The translations under genes were made by a program, and so were the position numbers. Positions 47,348-55,779 of a stretch of 64,000 nucleotides of DNA are shown piece after piece; positions within the stretch are counted from its first letter, which is position 1; every line of letters starts with the position of its first letter. Origin of the DNA: an uncultured Eubacteriales bacterium (GTDB lineage: Bacteria; Bacillota; Clostridia; Oscillospirales; CAG-272); contig CABUHS010000003.1 in assembly GCA_902491535.1 (NCBI GenBank), positions 6,426 through 70,425 of the forward strand. Reading direction: 5' to 3'. The notes beneath the pieces were generated by a model. That model made no database searches and was not told the DNA's origin. It saw only the letters and a program-made list of their open reading frames with translations.

Positions 47348-47387
47348 AGGTACATAGCGCCCGAAAATCGCGCTGTGTACCTTTTTG
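47348..47387 (+). terminator. Rho-independent terminator after the P-type ATPase
   Basis: 12-bp stem aggtacatagcg / cgctgtgtacct followed by ttttt. Confidence 0.75.
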
Positions 47388-47493
47388 AGCTTATACCATG
47401 CTGCTATATCATTTAAAAATGTTATTATTCAAAAAATGTAATTTTTATTTGAAAAAAATACTTTTTTGATGTATAATACTTTTATAATAAGAA

Positions 47494-49101
47494 ATGTCTG
47501 CGGATAATAATATTACAAAAGAGGGTGGGGTTGTGAAGAAGTACAAAAGTGAAGATCGCCGCAAAATGCATAAAAAATGGTTCCGTGCCAGATATCTTCA
47601 GCGGATAACAGTAGCGCTTATAATTTTAGCTCAGATAGCAATATTCTTTTATATTCTTTACAGCGGCAGTAATGCGTCGACAGTTGTAGCCTATCTTCTC
47701 AATGTAATAAGTATAATTGTAGCTGTTATTGTTGCGGTTAAGCATGATAAGGAAGAAAACCGGTTACTGTGGATGATGGCAATACTGATATTTCCGGTAT
47801 TCGGAGGTTTGATGTATCTGCTGTTTCACTCACAGTCATCGACAAGAAAATTTAAGAAAATGAGCAACTCTATTGAAGAGGAGACCAAAGCGGTATTCTT
47901 TCTTCCTGAAAACAGCAAGGATGAAGCTGTCATGGATTATCCGAAGCAGGAGAATGCGATCAGATATCTTCAGGACTATGCGGGCTTTCCCATATATGAC
48001 CGAAGCAAGGTTAAATATCTCTCGCCGGGTGAAGTAAAGTTTGAGTATATGATCGATGAGCTGAAAAAGGCAGAACGCTATATCTTTATGGAGTATTTTA
48101 TAATAGAGGAAGGCGTAATGTGGGATACTATCCTTGATATACTCAAGGAAAAAGCTGCGCGCGGAGTAGAGGTAAGACTTATATATGACGACATGGGCTG
48201 CTTTCTTACACTTCCGAAGGATTATCCCGAAAAGCTTGAACGTTTCGGAATAAAATGTATCATATTCAATCCGTTCCGGCCGTTTGTTGTATCAGAGCAG
48301 AACAACCGTGATCACCGTAAGATAGCCGTTATAGACGGAAAGGTCGCATTTACCGGCGGTATCAATCTTGCCGATGAGTATATAAATGCGTATGAGAAAT
48401 ACGGACACTGGAAAGACGCTTCTGTTATGGTATGCGGAGTTTCTGCATGGAGTTTTACGGTAATGTTTTTGCGTATGTGGAGGCTGTGCAGCGGAGTTAC
48501 AGAGGATTTTGAGCAGTATTATCCGTGGCATACGGAAAAGTGCGATATTATAGGCGACGGGTATGTGCAGCCGTACTGTGACAGTCCGACGGCCCCTGAG
48601 AATGTCGGCGAACATGTATATCTTCAGATAATAAATAATGCGAAAAAATATATTTATATAAATACACCGTATCTTGTTATCGGTACTAATATTGTGTCGG
48701 CTCTTACACTGGCAGCAAAGAGCGGTGTCGACGTCCGGATAGTGACGCCTTATAAATGGGATAAGTTTATCGTACATATGACGACAAGGTCGTATTACAG
48801 TGAACTTATCCGTGCAGGAGTCAAGATATACGAGTATTCGAGCGGCTTTATTCATTCAAAAACGTTTGTGTCTGATGATGAGGTTGCGACGGTTGGCACT
48901 ACAAATCTTGATTTCCGGAGCCTGTATCTGCATTTTGAATGCGGATTGCGTATTGCAGGAGGATCGGCCGTAAATGAAGTAAAAATCGATTTTCTGAATA
49001 CACTTGAGAAGTGTAAAAGAATTACGGAAGAGGACTGCAAATGCAATATTATAGTCGGATTTATCCGCAAAATTCTGCGTGTATTTGCTCCGCTTATGTG
49101 A
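47494..49101 (+). CDS. cls: Cardiolipin synthase
   Basis: Two N-terminal TM segments and two PLD HKD motifs (HRKIAVIDGKVAFTGGINL and HSKTFVSDDEVATVGTTNL). An alternative start at GTG 47533 has the better RBS (AGAGGGTGGGG). Confidence 0.9.
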   Translation: MSADNNITKEGGVVKKYKSEDRRKMHKKWFRARYLQRITVALIILAQIAIFFYILYSGSNASTVVAYLLNVISIIVAVIVAVKHDKEENRLLWMMAILIFPVFGGLMYLLFHSQSSTRKFKKMSNSIEEETKAVFFLPENSKDEAVMDYPKQENAIRYLQDYAGFPIYDRSKVKYLSPGEVKFEYMIDELKKAERYIFMEYFIIEEGVMWDTILDILKEKAARGVEVRLIYDDMGCFLTLPKDYPEKLERFGIKCIIFNPFRPFVVSEQNNRDHRKIAVIDGKVAFTGGINLADEYINAYEKYGHWKDASVMVCGVSAWSFTVMFLRMWRLCSGVTEDFEQYYPWHTEKCDIIGDGYVQPYCDSPTAPENVGEHVYLQIINNAKKYIYINTPYLVIGTNIVSALTLAAKSGVDVRIVTPYKWDKFIVHMTTRSYYSELIRAGVKIYEYSSGFIHSKTFVSDDEVATVGTTNLDFRSLYLHFECGLRIAGGSAVNEVKIDFLNTLEKCKRITEEDCKCNIIVGFIRKILRVFAPLM

Positions 49102-49118
49102 ATTGAATATAATAAAAA

Positions 49119-49150
49119 ATGCTCGTCTTTTTAGAGACGAGCATTTTTAT
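49119..49150. terminator. Bidirectional terminator between cls and the AT-rich islet
   Basis: Stem atgctcgtct / agacgagcat with an A-run upstream and a T-run downstream. Confidence 0.8.
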
Positions 49151-49210
49151 ATGGGTTTTAAAAGTTACGGAAAGTATAATATTTTATTTGCTGTAAATAC
49201 CGTAAAGAAG

Positions 49211-49927
49211 TTAATGACAATTTACTTGTTCTAAAATATCAAACATAGAAAAAATCCATAGTATATTTCCGAACAGTTGATAACTTGAATGGCTGTTTGC
49301 AGAGTATATAACGTCTATTACATCATCGCAATGTATATTATCCGAGGTATATGTATGGTTGTCAATATCTTCTCTAGAATATGCATCACGAGGACGGTAT
49401 TCATAATCTATAGCAATTAAATTATTATCTATTATATTGTCATATTGAAATTTAAGTTCAATGTAATCGCAGTCTTTGGATGTATTATAATCCGGATCAT
49501 ATTTTACAAAATCTAAATATCCTACGTCATTAGTATTATACTCAACTTCATCGTTGTTTATTTTAAAATATGTATATTGCTTTCCGGCTTCAAATCCATA
49601 TATGGATGTAACTACCCCTGAACTGTTGACGAATATGATAAAAGATATATCCGAGAAATTTGTAGTCAGTGTAATTTTATTGCCGTCTGCAGAGTAGTCA
49701 AAAAAATACATTATTCCATTTTTTCCTAAACTTTTTATTACCTGATATTTTGTAATTGCAGAATTATTGTCATCTTCCTTGACCATTGTATCTTGTGTTG
49801 TTTCGGATGACAATATATCATGCTTTGTTTCAGCTTCGAGTTTTGAAGGAATTACTGAACATCCGGTCAGCGTGAATATTAGTATGGCGGAGATTATGAA
49901 ACATATTGTTTTATATTTTTTATCCAT
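49211..49927 (-). CDS. Hypothetical lipoprotein (AT-rich gene)
   Basis: MDKKYKTICFIISAILIFTLTGC has a signal peptide with lipobox LTG-C. N/D/Y-rich mature part with no recognisable family. Markedly lower GC than its neighbours. Confidence 0.65.
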   Translation of the reverse strand: MDKKYKTICFIISAILIFTLTGCSVIPSKLEAETKHDILSSETTQDTMVKEDDNNSAITKYQVIKSLGKNGIMYFFDYSADGNKITLTTNFSDISFIIFVNSSGVVTSIYGFEAGKQYTYFKINNDEVEYNTNDVGYLDFVKYDPDYNTSKDCDYIELKFQYDNIIDNNLIAIDYEYRPRDAYSREDIDNHTYTSDNIHCDDVIDVIYSANSHSSYQLFGNILWIFSMFDILEQVNCH

Positions 49928-49951
49928 AAAATTTACCTCTATATTTATTTT

Positions 49952-49985
49952 AATATCTTTGCACTTATATAAGTGCAAAGATATT
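49952..49985. promoter_or_regulatory. Perfect 34-bp palindrome in the divergent lipoprotein/XRE intergenic region (candidate operator)
   Basis: aatatctttgcacttat|ataagtgcaaagatatt has 17-nt arms that are exact reverse complements. It lies 25 nt from the lipoprotein ATG and 74 nt upstream of the XRE ATG. Confidence 0.6.
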
Positions 49986-50058
49986 TTATCATGAAAATAT
50001 AATATTGTCAATAGATTTGTTCTTGTATAATCACAGTTTAATTGATAAAGGGAAAATT

Positions 50059-50295
50059 ATGGATTCTAAAATAGAAAAGATTATAGGCAATAATATACGT
50101 AGGCTGAGAGAAAAAGTCGGATTAACACAAGAAATGTTATCTATAAAAATGCAAATTAACGGATGTGATATAACAAGAAGTGCTATTGCTAAAATTGAGG
50201 TAGGACAACGTCATATATATCCGGACGAAATAATACTCATAAAAACTATATTAAATACATCATATGAGGATATTTTTGAAATAAAGAATATGTAA
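50059..50295 (+). CDS. XRE-family helix-turn-helix transcriptional regulator (78 aa)
   Basis: IGNNIRRLREKVGLTQEMLSIKMQINGCDITRSAIAKIEVGQR is a classic Cro/C1 HTH. ATG 50059 is chosen over the ORF-track start at 50005. Confidence 0.8.
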   Translation: MDSKIEKIIGNNIRRLREKVGLTQEMLSIKMQINGCDITRSAIAKIEVGQRHIYPDEIILIKTILNTSYEDIFEIKNM

Positions 50296-50378
50296 TAGTT
50301 TATCTGTGAAAATAATAATCCCTTTATAAATCCTGTTTGGTAGTGTATAATCAATATAATTTATCAAAAATAAAAATA

Positions 50379-50420
50379 CGGTAAGCATATATTTTCTGAA
50401 TATGCTTACCGCATTTTTTA
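50379..50420. terminator. Bidirectional terminator between the XRE gene and the pseudokinase gene
   Basis: Stem cggtaagcata / tatgcttaccg with a T-run downstream and an A-run upstream. Confidence 0.7.
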
Positions 50421-50445
50421 AACAATTTGATCTATTGCTTTTAAT

Positions 50446-53400
50446 TTATTCTGTTATCTTAAAACGGTACTGTATTACCGAACGAATTTCAGTGTTCTCA
50501 TTTTCAGCGGGCTTTGTTTCCGACCAGTCGCTCCACTCTGTATATGAGTAACAGGTATAGGCTACAGGACGTGTGGAACTGCGGTATTGAACGGATGTTT
50601 CGACCTCCGATGCAGATGTGGATTCTGCAGGTGTATCTGACCAGTCGCTCCATTCGCCGTAAGGATTTGCAGGACGGCTGCGGTATTCGGTGCGCTGTCT
50701 GAATTCTATCTTGTCCGTATCCGGCAGGGAATCCGACCAGTCGCTCCAATCGCTCCAGTCATTGTATTCATATCCTTCGATTATTTTTGTTTCGTAGGTG
50801 CGGTATATGTACCGTGTTCTTGTTTCGACCGATACGGTGTCAGACGCGATTATTTCTGCGGTTCCCCATTCGCTCCACGGAGTAATACTGCGTGTCCTGT
50901 ATACCGTTTTTGTTTCAACACGCTCAGTGTCAGATTCAATTATCGGGACGCTTTGCCACTGACCGAATTCGCTCCACTCGCCATAAATCGTTTTGCTGTC
51001 GTCTACGGTAAGACCGTCTGTCGGATATGTATTTTGAACAATTTCATTCTTTGTACGGTATGACCATAGTGTGCGTTCTTCTGTCTGAGCGGTATTTCCG
51101 TCAGGAGCGGTCTCCGACCATTCGCTCCACTGGCTTGTTCCGTTGCTTACGGTTATTGTGACTACTGTCTTTTCATTGACTATTGTTCCGGATGCGATGC
51201 TCTGAGATATAACTGTTCCTTTCGGAGCTTCGCTTACCGCATATACCGTGTGATAAGAAAGCCCTGCTGCAGTAATTGCCGCGGCTGCATCGGATTCGCT
51301 CATTGTGACAGTTCCGGGCGTGACCGATTTCCCGTTGGGAACAGGGATATTTACTGTATAAGAGGCTGTGAAATCTCCGTCGCTTGAACGTGCCGTTATT
51401 ACGGCGGAACCGGGAGCTATTGCAGTTATTTGACCGTATGAGTTTACCGTTACAACGGACGGATTGCTCGAGGAGAAGGTGACATATTTGTTTGTAACAT
51501 TGCTCGGTGTGAGCCACGGTGAATGTGATTCGCTTGCGCCTACTGATAGGGTGGTTTCATTTATGCGGAAACCGATTCCGGCAACTTTTACAACATTGTC
51601 TCGAATTTCGACTTTGCATGATGCGGAATGCTCCCCGTCAGCTGAGAATACGGTTATTGTTGCACTTCCGTCTGCTATTGCGCTCACTTGTCCTGTCTGA
51701 TCGACCGTTACTGCTGACGGATTGTCGCTTGTCCAGAAAACTTCCTTTTCGGTAGCATTTTCAGGATATATTGAAAGCTTCATAGTCTCAGATTCTCCCG
51801 ACTTAAGTGCGAAAGAATCTTCACCGATAGACATACTTTCTATCGGAATAAATCCGTCGGGCATTACTCCGCTGCTGACTGTAATGTAGATCGGAACATC
51901 AGATACAATATCGGATCCTTCAGCGATGCTTTGATATGCTACTGAGCCTTCCGGAACGGAGGCTGAATAAGCATGGAGAACAATTATGTTTTCGAAGCCG
52001 AGCGTGGCAAGTCTCTCGGACGCATCATTTTCAGTAAGTCCTACCATGCTTGGCATATTGTTCGGCGCTTTCCCGAGACTGAGCGTAAGCTCTACGGTAT
52101 CGTTGGCACCGAATGTGATTCCCGCCTCGGGAAACTGACCTATTACCGTACCTTCTGCGGCTGTATAGCTGTAATTTCCGAATATTACCGGATTATTTGA
52201 GTATCCGGATTTGCGGAGCAGAACCAGTGCGTCATCCTCGCTTTTTCCGGAAAGATCCGGCATTTCTATTCCGTATGTACCGGTTGGTGATGATTCGGCA
52301 TCGGTGACGGCAGAGGTATCGGGCGAAGTGTCAGGTGACGGCTCACTCCCTGCATTTCCGTTGCATTTTTGCATGCAGACTATAAGTACTACAAGTATTG
52401 CAATGAGCGCAACGGTAAATAAGCAGATTTTTAATATGGGAATATTGCCGAAACGGTCGGCTTCATTCTCCGGTTCTCCGGAGTAATCTGAACCGTCTGA
52501 AATGTCGGCGTTTTCCGTTGCCTGATCTTCGCTTTGTGCAGAAGAATCGCCACCAGCAGCGTGTATTTCGTTTTCGTTGATTCCGGTATCCGTTTCACCG
52601 GGATCAATTTCTTTTTTCTTTCTTTTTTTCTTTGGCTTTATTTCTGTCAGTTCGTCTCCGTTATGACTATTTTGACCGCGCAGAGTGTCGGTATCAGACG
52701 GTTGAATAAAATTACCGTCTTCGTCGAAGTAGCCGTTTTCTGAATAAGTTTTTTCGTATGGATCGAGTTGAATAAGTTTGTCTGACGTAGCTATATTATT
52801 ATTTTCGTCTCCGTCGTTTACGGTAAATACAACGGACTTCTCCGTTTGTTCGGCGGGAGCAATTTCAGAGGAAGTATCCCCGTAGTCATAGACTATATTT
52901 CCGAACGTTTCATTCCTGTTGCTGTCTCCGGTTTTTGTAAGTACTTCGTTTTCTGCGAAAACAAAGTGTCCGCTCTGAGATTTTTCGTGAGTTTCGGGCA
53001 TTGTATCTGAGGGTTTTTGTATATTTAGTGTAATATTGGCAGCTGCCGCATATTCTCGGATCGCTTCACTCATATCCTGCGGGGAGGAATATCTGTCATC
53101 CGGTGAGTTCGCGCATGCCTTCAGAATGACGGAAGAAAGTCTGCTGTCAGCTTTGCACGGAGCCGGGAGAGATTTTCCGTCAATACGGCTGACAATTGCG
53201 TCGTCAGCTTCTTTTTTTGTAACGAGTCCCTTTTCGGATATAACAAACGGCAGACGGTTGTTATTGAATTTGAAATACATGGTGAGTCCGATCGAATATA
53301 TATCCGACCGAATGTCGGCTTCTTCACCGCGCGCAAGTTCGGGTGCAATAAAACGAAGCAGCCGGCTGTCGTCAGGATTTAAAAGACGGCTTGTAAGCTG

Positions 53401-53955
53401 AGGCTCAAACATAGGATTTCCGAGTAAACACCGTCCGTCTTTATTAACATATACATTTTCGAGCTGAACATTGTTGTGGCGCATATCAAGACTGCTGTAT
53501 TCTGATATTGCATCGCACATATCGCAGGCGAGCGAGAGAAGTGTTGCGCGATTGATCTTGTGTCCCGAGTAATATTCACTGAACGTCGGATAGTATGCCG
53601 ACAGAATATATATCTTTGCACCGCCTTCGGTTCTTACCGATTTAACATCAAGTATTTCCGGAAGATGTTCGCAACCGGAATTTATCAGTTTTTCGGCATC
53701 CGCAATGCATTTGTCTGCATATTCGTCGAATCGCTGTGATATCTGACTGTCAGTGAATCCGTTTTGGCGGAGAAGTTCTGCTTCGCCGTCATAGGCGGGG
53801 ATATTCAATATTCTTACAAGTCCGTCCGGCTCGCCGCTTTCGTTACTGCATGCCGTCCATATCTCCTGATATTTGCTCTGCGATACAGGCATTATCAGAT
53901 CCCAGCCTTCAATTGGGCAGAAGGGTGCGTGGCTTATATTAGTTATATTATCCAT
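50446..53955 (-). CDS. Membrane protein: degenerate Hanks-type kinase (pseudokinase) domain, TM, 2 PASTA, 2 Big_2, 1 PASTA, six WSxWS-type repeats
   Basis: The kinase fold is retained (FIAPELARG, SDIYSIGLTMY, SPDDRY) but the G-loop, VAIK Lys, HRD Asp and DFG Asp are all substituted. TM segment ICLFTVALIAILVVLIVCM. PASTA units (MPDLSGKSEDDALVLLRKSGY..., MPSMVGLTENDASERLATLGF...). Big_2 units (FWTSDNPSAVTVDQTGQVSAIADGSATITV, FSSSNPSVVTVNSYGQITAIAPGSAVITA). Confidence 0.85.
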   Translation of the reverse strand: MDNITNISHAPFCPIEGWDLIMPVSQSKYQEIWTACSNESGEPDGLVRILNIPAYDGEAELLRQNGFTDSQISQRFDEYADKCIADAEKLINSGCEHLPEILDVKSVRTEGGAKIYILSAYYPTFSEYYSGHKINRATLLSLACDMCDAISEYSSLDMRHNNVQLENVYVNKDGRCLLGNPMFEPQLTSRLLNPDDSRLLRFIAPELARGEEADIRSDIYSIGLTMYFKFNNNRLPFVISEKGLVTKKEADDAIVSRIDGKSLPAPCKADSRLSSVILKACANSPDDRYSSPQDMSEAIREYAAAANITLNIQKPSDTMPETHEKSQSGHFVFAENEVLTKTGDSNRNETFGNIVYDYGDTSSEIAPAEQTEKSVVFTVNDGDENNNIATSDKLIQLDPYEKTYSENGYFDEDGNFIQPSDTDTLRGQNSHNGDELTEIKPKKKRKKKEIDPGETDTGINENEIHAAGGDSSAQSEDQATENADISDGSDYSGEPENEADRFGNIPILKICLFTVALIAILVVLIVCMQKCNGNAGSEPSPDTSPDTSAVTDAESSPTGTYGIEMPDLSGKSEDDALVLLRKSGYSNNPVIFGNYSYTAAEGTVIGQFPEAGITFGANDTVELTLSLGKAPNNMPSMVGLTENDASERLATLGFENIIVLHAYSASVPEGSVAYQSIAEGSDIVSDVPIYITVSSGVMPDGFIPIESMSIGEDSFALKSGESETMKLSIYPENATEKEVFWTSDNPSAVTVDQTGQVSAIADGSATITVFSADGEHSASCKVEIRDNVVKVAGIGFRINETTLSVGASESHSPWLTPSNVTNKYVTFSSSNPSVVTVNSYGQITAIAPGSAVITARSSDGDFTASYTVNIPVPNGKSVTPGTVTMSESDAAAAITAAGLSYHTVYAVSEAPKGTVISQSIASGTIVNEKTVVTITVSNGTSQWSEWSETAPDGNTAQTEERTLWSYRTKNEIVQNTYPTDGLTVDDSKTIYGEWSEFGQWQSVPIIESDTERVETKTVYRTRSITPWSEWGTAEIIASDTVSVETRTRYIYRTYETKIIEGYEYNDWSDWSDWSDSLPDTDKIEFRQRTEYRSRPANPYGEWSDWSDTPAESTSASEVETSVQYRSSTRPVAYTCYSYTEWSDWSETKPAENENTEIRSVIQYRFKITE
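50449..51132 (-). repeat. Six degenerate ~30-aa coding repeats (W-S-x-W-S ... V-E-T ... Y-R) at the C-terminus of the pseudokinase protein
   Basis: The units are QWSEWSE...LWSYRTK; GEWSEFGQWQS...VETKTVYRTR; PWSEWGT...VETRTRYIYR; DWSDWSDWSD...FRQRTEYRSR; GEWSDWSD...VETSVQYRSS; TEWSDWSE...IRSVIQYRFK. On the + strand they appear as recurring ga(c/a)ca(g/t)tcgctcca. Confidence 0.8.
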
Positions 53956-54132
53956 TTGCGTTACCCTCGTACAAATTTCAATAATCTATAGTTAATTATA
54001 ACAAATATTTTGTCGAATTGCAAGTAGTATTTACGTAAATTTTAAGAGTTTGACATAAGTCTATTGTAAAAAATTAAGAAATACATTATAATATATAAAC
54101 ATATATACTGAGAAGGTGTGTGAAGCAGGTTT

Positions 54133-54747
54133 ATGGTCGTTGTCGGACTTACCGGAGGAAGCGGTGCAGGTAAGGGATATGTGTGCAGAATATTTTCGGA
54201 ATACGGAATACTGTCTGTCGATGCGGACGAGGTATACCGCATCGTATCGTCGCGCGGAACTCCGTGTCTTGCCGAACTAAGTGATTATTTCGGGCAGGGA
54301 ATCCTTACTGCTGACGGTGAGCTTGACCGGCGCGCTCTTGCTGATATTGTATTTAAGCGCGGCGCAGAGGATAAGCTTGCATCTCTTAACAGAATTGCAC
54401 ATAAATATGTTATAGAGTATTGCGAGCGGTGGATCGCTGAGCGTGAAAGTCTCGGAGATTTTGCGGTGATTATCGATGCGCCGCAGCTCTTTGAAAGCGG
54501 GCTTGATAAACGCTGCGATCTTGTCGTATCTGTTGTAGCCGACCGCGAGTGCAGGATAGAACGAATTACGGAACGTGACGGAATATCAAAAGAGCGTGCC
54601 GAAAAACGGATAGATTCTCAGTATGATGACGATTTCTTTGCCGCCAATTCGGATTATGTGGTGGAAAGCGGAAACGGAAGCGACGTTCGGTTGGCAGTAG
54701 CCGCTATAGTAGAGAAAATAAAGCTTATGGAAAGAGGTAAAGTGTGA
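54133..54747 (+). CDS. coaE: Dephospho-CoA kinase
   Basis: P-loop VGLTGGSGAGKG, length about 200 aa, typical DAPQLFESGL motif. Confidence 0.9.
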   Translation: MVVVGLTGGSGAGKGYVCRIFSEYGILSVDADEVYRIVSSRGTPCLAELSDYFGQGILTADGELDRRALADIVFKRGAEDKLASLNRIAHKYVIEYCERWIAERESLGDFAVIIDAPQLFESGLDKRCDLVVSVVADRECRIERITERDGISKERAEKRIDSQYDDDFFAANSDYVVESGNGSDVRLAVAAIVEKIKLMERGKV

Positions 54748-55331
54748 CTGAAAAAATTCCGAAAGGCATAACGCGCAGAAAAATACTTGCCGTAATAGTC
54801 ATTGTCCTTGCTGCCGCGGCTGTGATAAATATTGCGCTTAAGTTTTCCGGCTTTTACAGACGTGTGACACATCCGGTTCTTTATCAGGAATATATAGAGC
54901 TTTATTCGGACAAATACAGTGTTCCTCCGGAGATAATCTGTGCTGTGATCAACACCGAAAGTTCGTTTGACAGCGAGGCTGAGTCTCACGCCGGAGCGAT
55001 GGGACTCATGCAGATAACAAAAGAGACCTTCTGGTGGCTTCTTTCAAAATCGGGTGAATCTATTCCCGACGAAAAGCTTTTCGATCCGCAGGTGAATATA
55101 CGTTACGGAACGTATTTTCTGTCGATTCTGTATGATGAATTCGGCAGCTGGGATACCGCATTTGCCGCGTATAATGCCGGCCGGTCGAGAGTGATAGGAT
55201 GGCTCGGCGATCCCGATGTGTCGGAGGACGGTAAGCTTGTAAATATTCCGATAGAAGAAACGAGAGAATATGTGAAGCGGGTAAACAGCGGTATAAAAAT
55301 ATACCGTGAAATATATGAAGAAATTTATTGA
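54744..55331 (+). CDS. Lytic transglycosylase (SLT domain), membrane-anchored
   Basis: N-terminal TM segment. Catalytic Glu motif INTESSF, plus GLMQIT and AYNAG motifs. The GTG start overlaps the coaE stop (GTGTGA). Confidence 0.85.
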   Translation: MTEKIPKGITRRKILAVIVIVLAAAAVINIALKFSGFYRRVTHPVLYQEYIELYSDKYSVPPEIICAVINTESSFDSEAESHAGAMGLMQITKETFWWLLSKSGESIPDEKLFDPQVNIRYGTYFLSILYDEFGSWDTAFAAYNAGRSRVIGWLGDPDVSEDGKLVNIPIEETREYVKRVNSGIKIYREIYEEIY

Positions 55332-55342
55332 GGAGGCTCGTT

Positions 55343-55732
55343 ATGGAGAACAAATTCTGGAACAAATTTACCGAAAAGATGTCCGGAGCGGCGGATACGG
55401 CGGGAGGATACGCTCAGCGTATCGGAGAGACTGCAAAGCTCAGATATGAGCTTTCACGTGCAACGAAAAGGGCGAACGCGGCATATGAAAAGCTCGGCCG
55501 CGGATATTATGAGCATATGAAGTCGTCCCAGGATAACGGCGGAGATATTTTTGATTACGGAGTTTACGAACAGAGTATATGTGCGGAAATTGAAGCTGCA
55601 TCGGCGGAGATAGCGCTTCTTGACAGCCGCCTGAGAGAGGCTGAGCAGCTCAATGTATGTCCGAATTGCGGCAGTACGGTGGGGGTAAAATCCGACAGAT
55701 GCCGTCGGTGCGGATGTATTATAAAACGCTGA
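55343..55732 (+). CDS. Small zinc-ribbon protein, function unknown
   Basis: GAGGAGG lies 6 nt before ATG 55343. C-terminal CPNC-x12-CRRC zinc ribbon. Helical N-terminal part. Confidence 0.7.
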   Translation: MENKFWNKFTEKMSGAADTAGGYAQRIGETAKLRYELSRATKRANAAYEKLGRGYYEHMKSSQDNGGDIFDYGVYEQSICAEIEAASAEIALLDSRLREAEQLNVCPNCGSTVGVKSDRCRRCGCIIKR

Positions 55733-55779
55733 GATTTTATAAAAACGGAAAGTCCGGCGGAAGCCGGCAAGGGTGAAGA

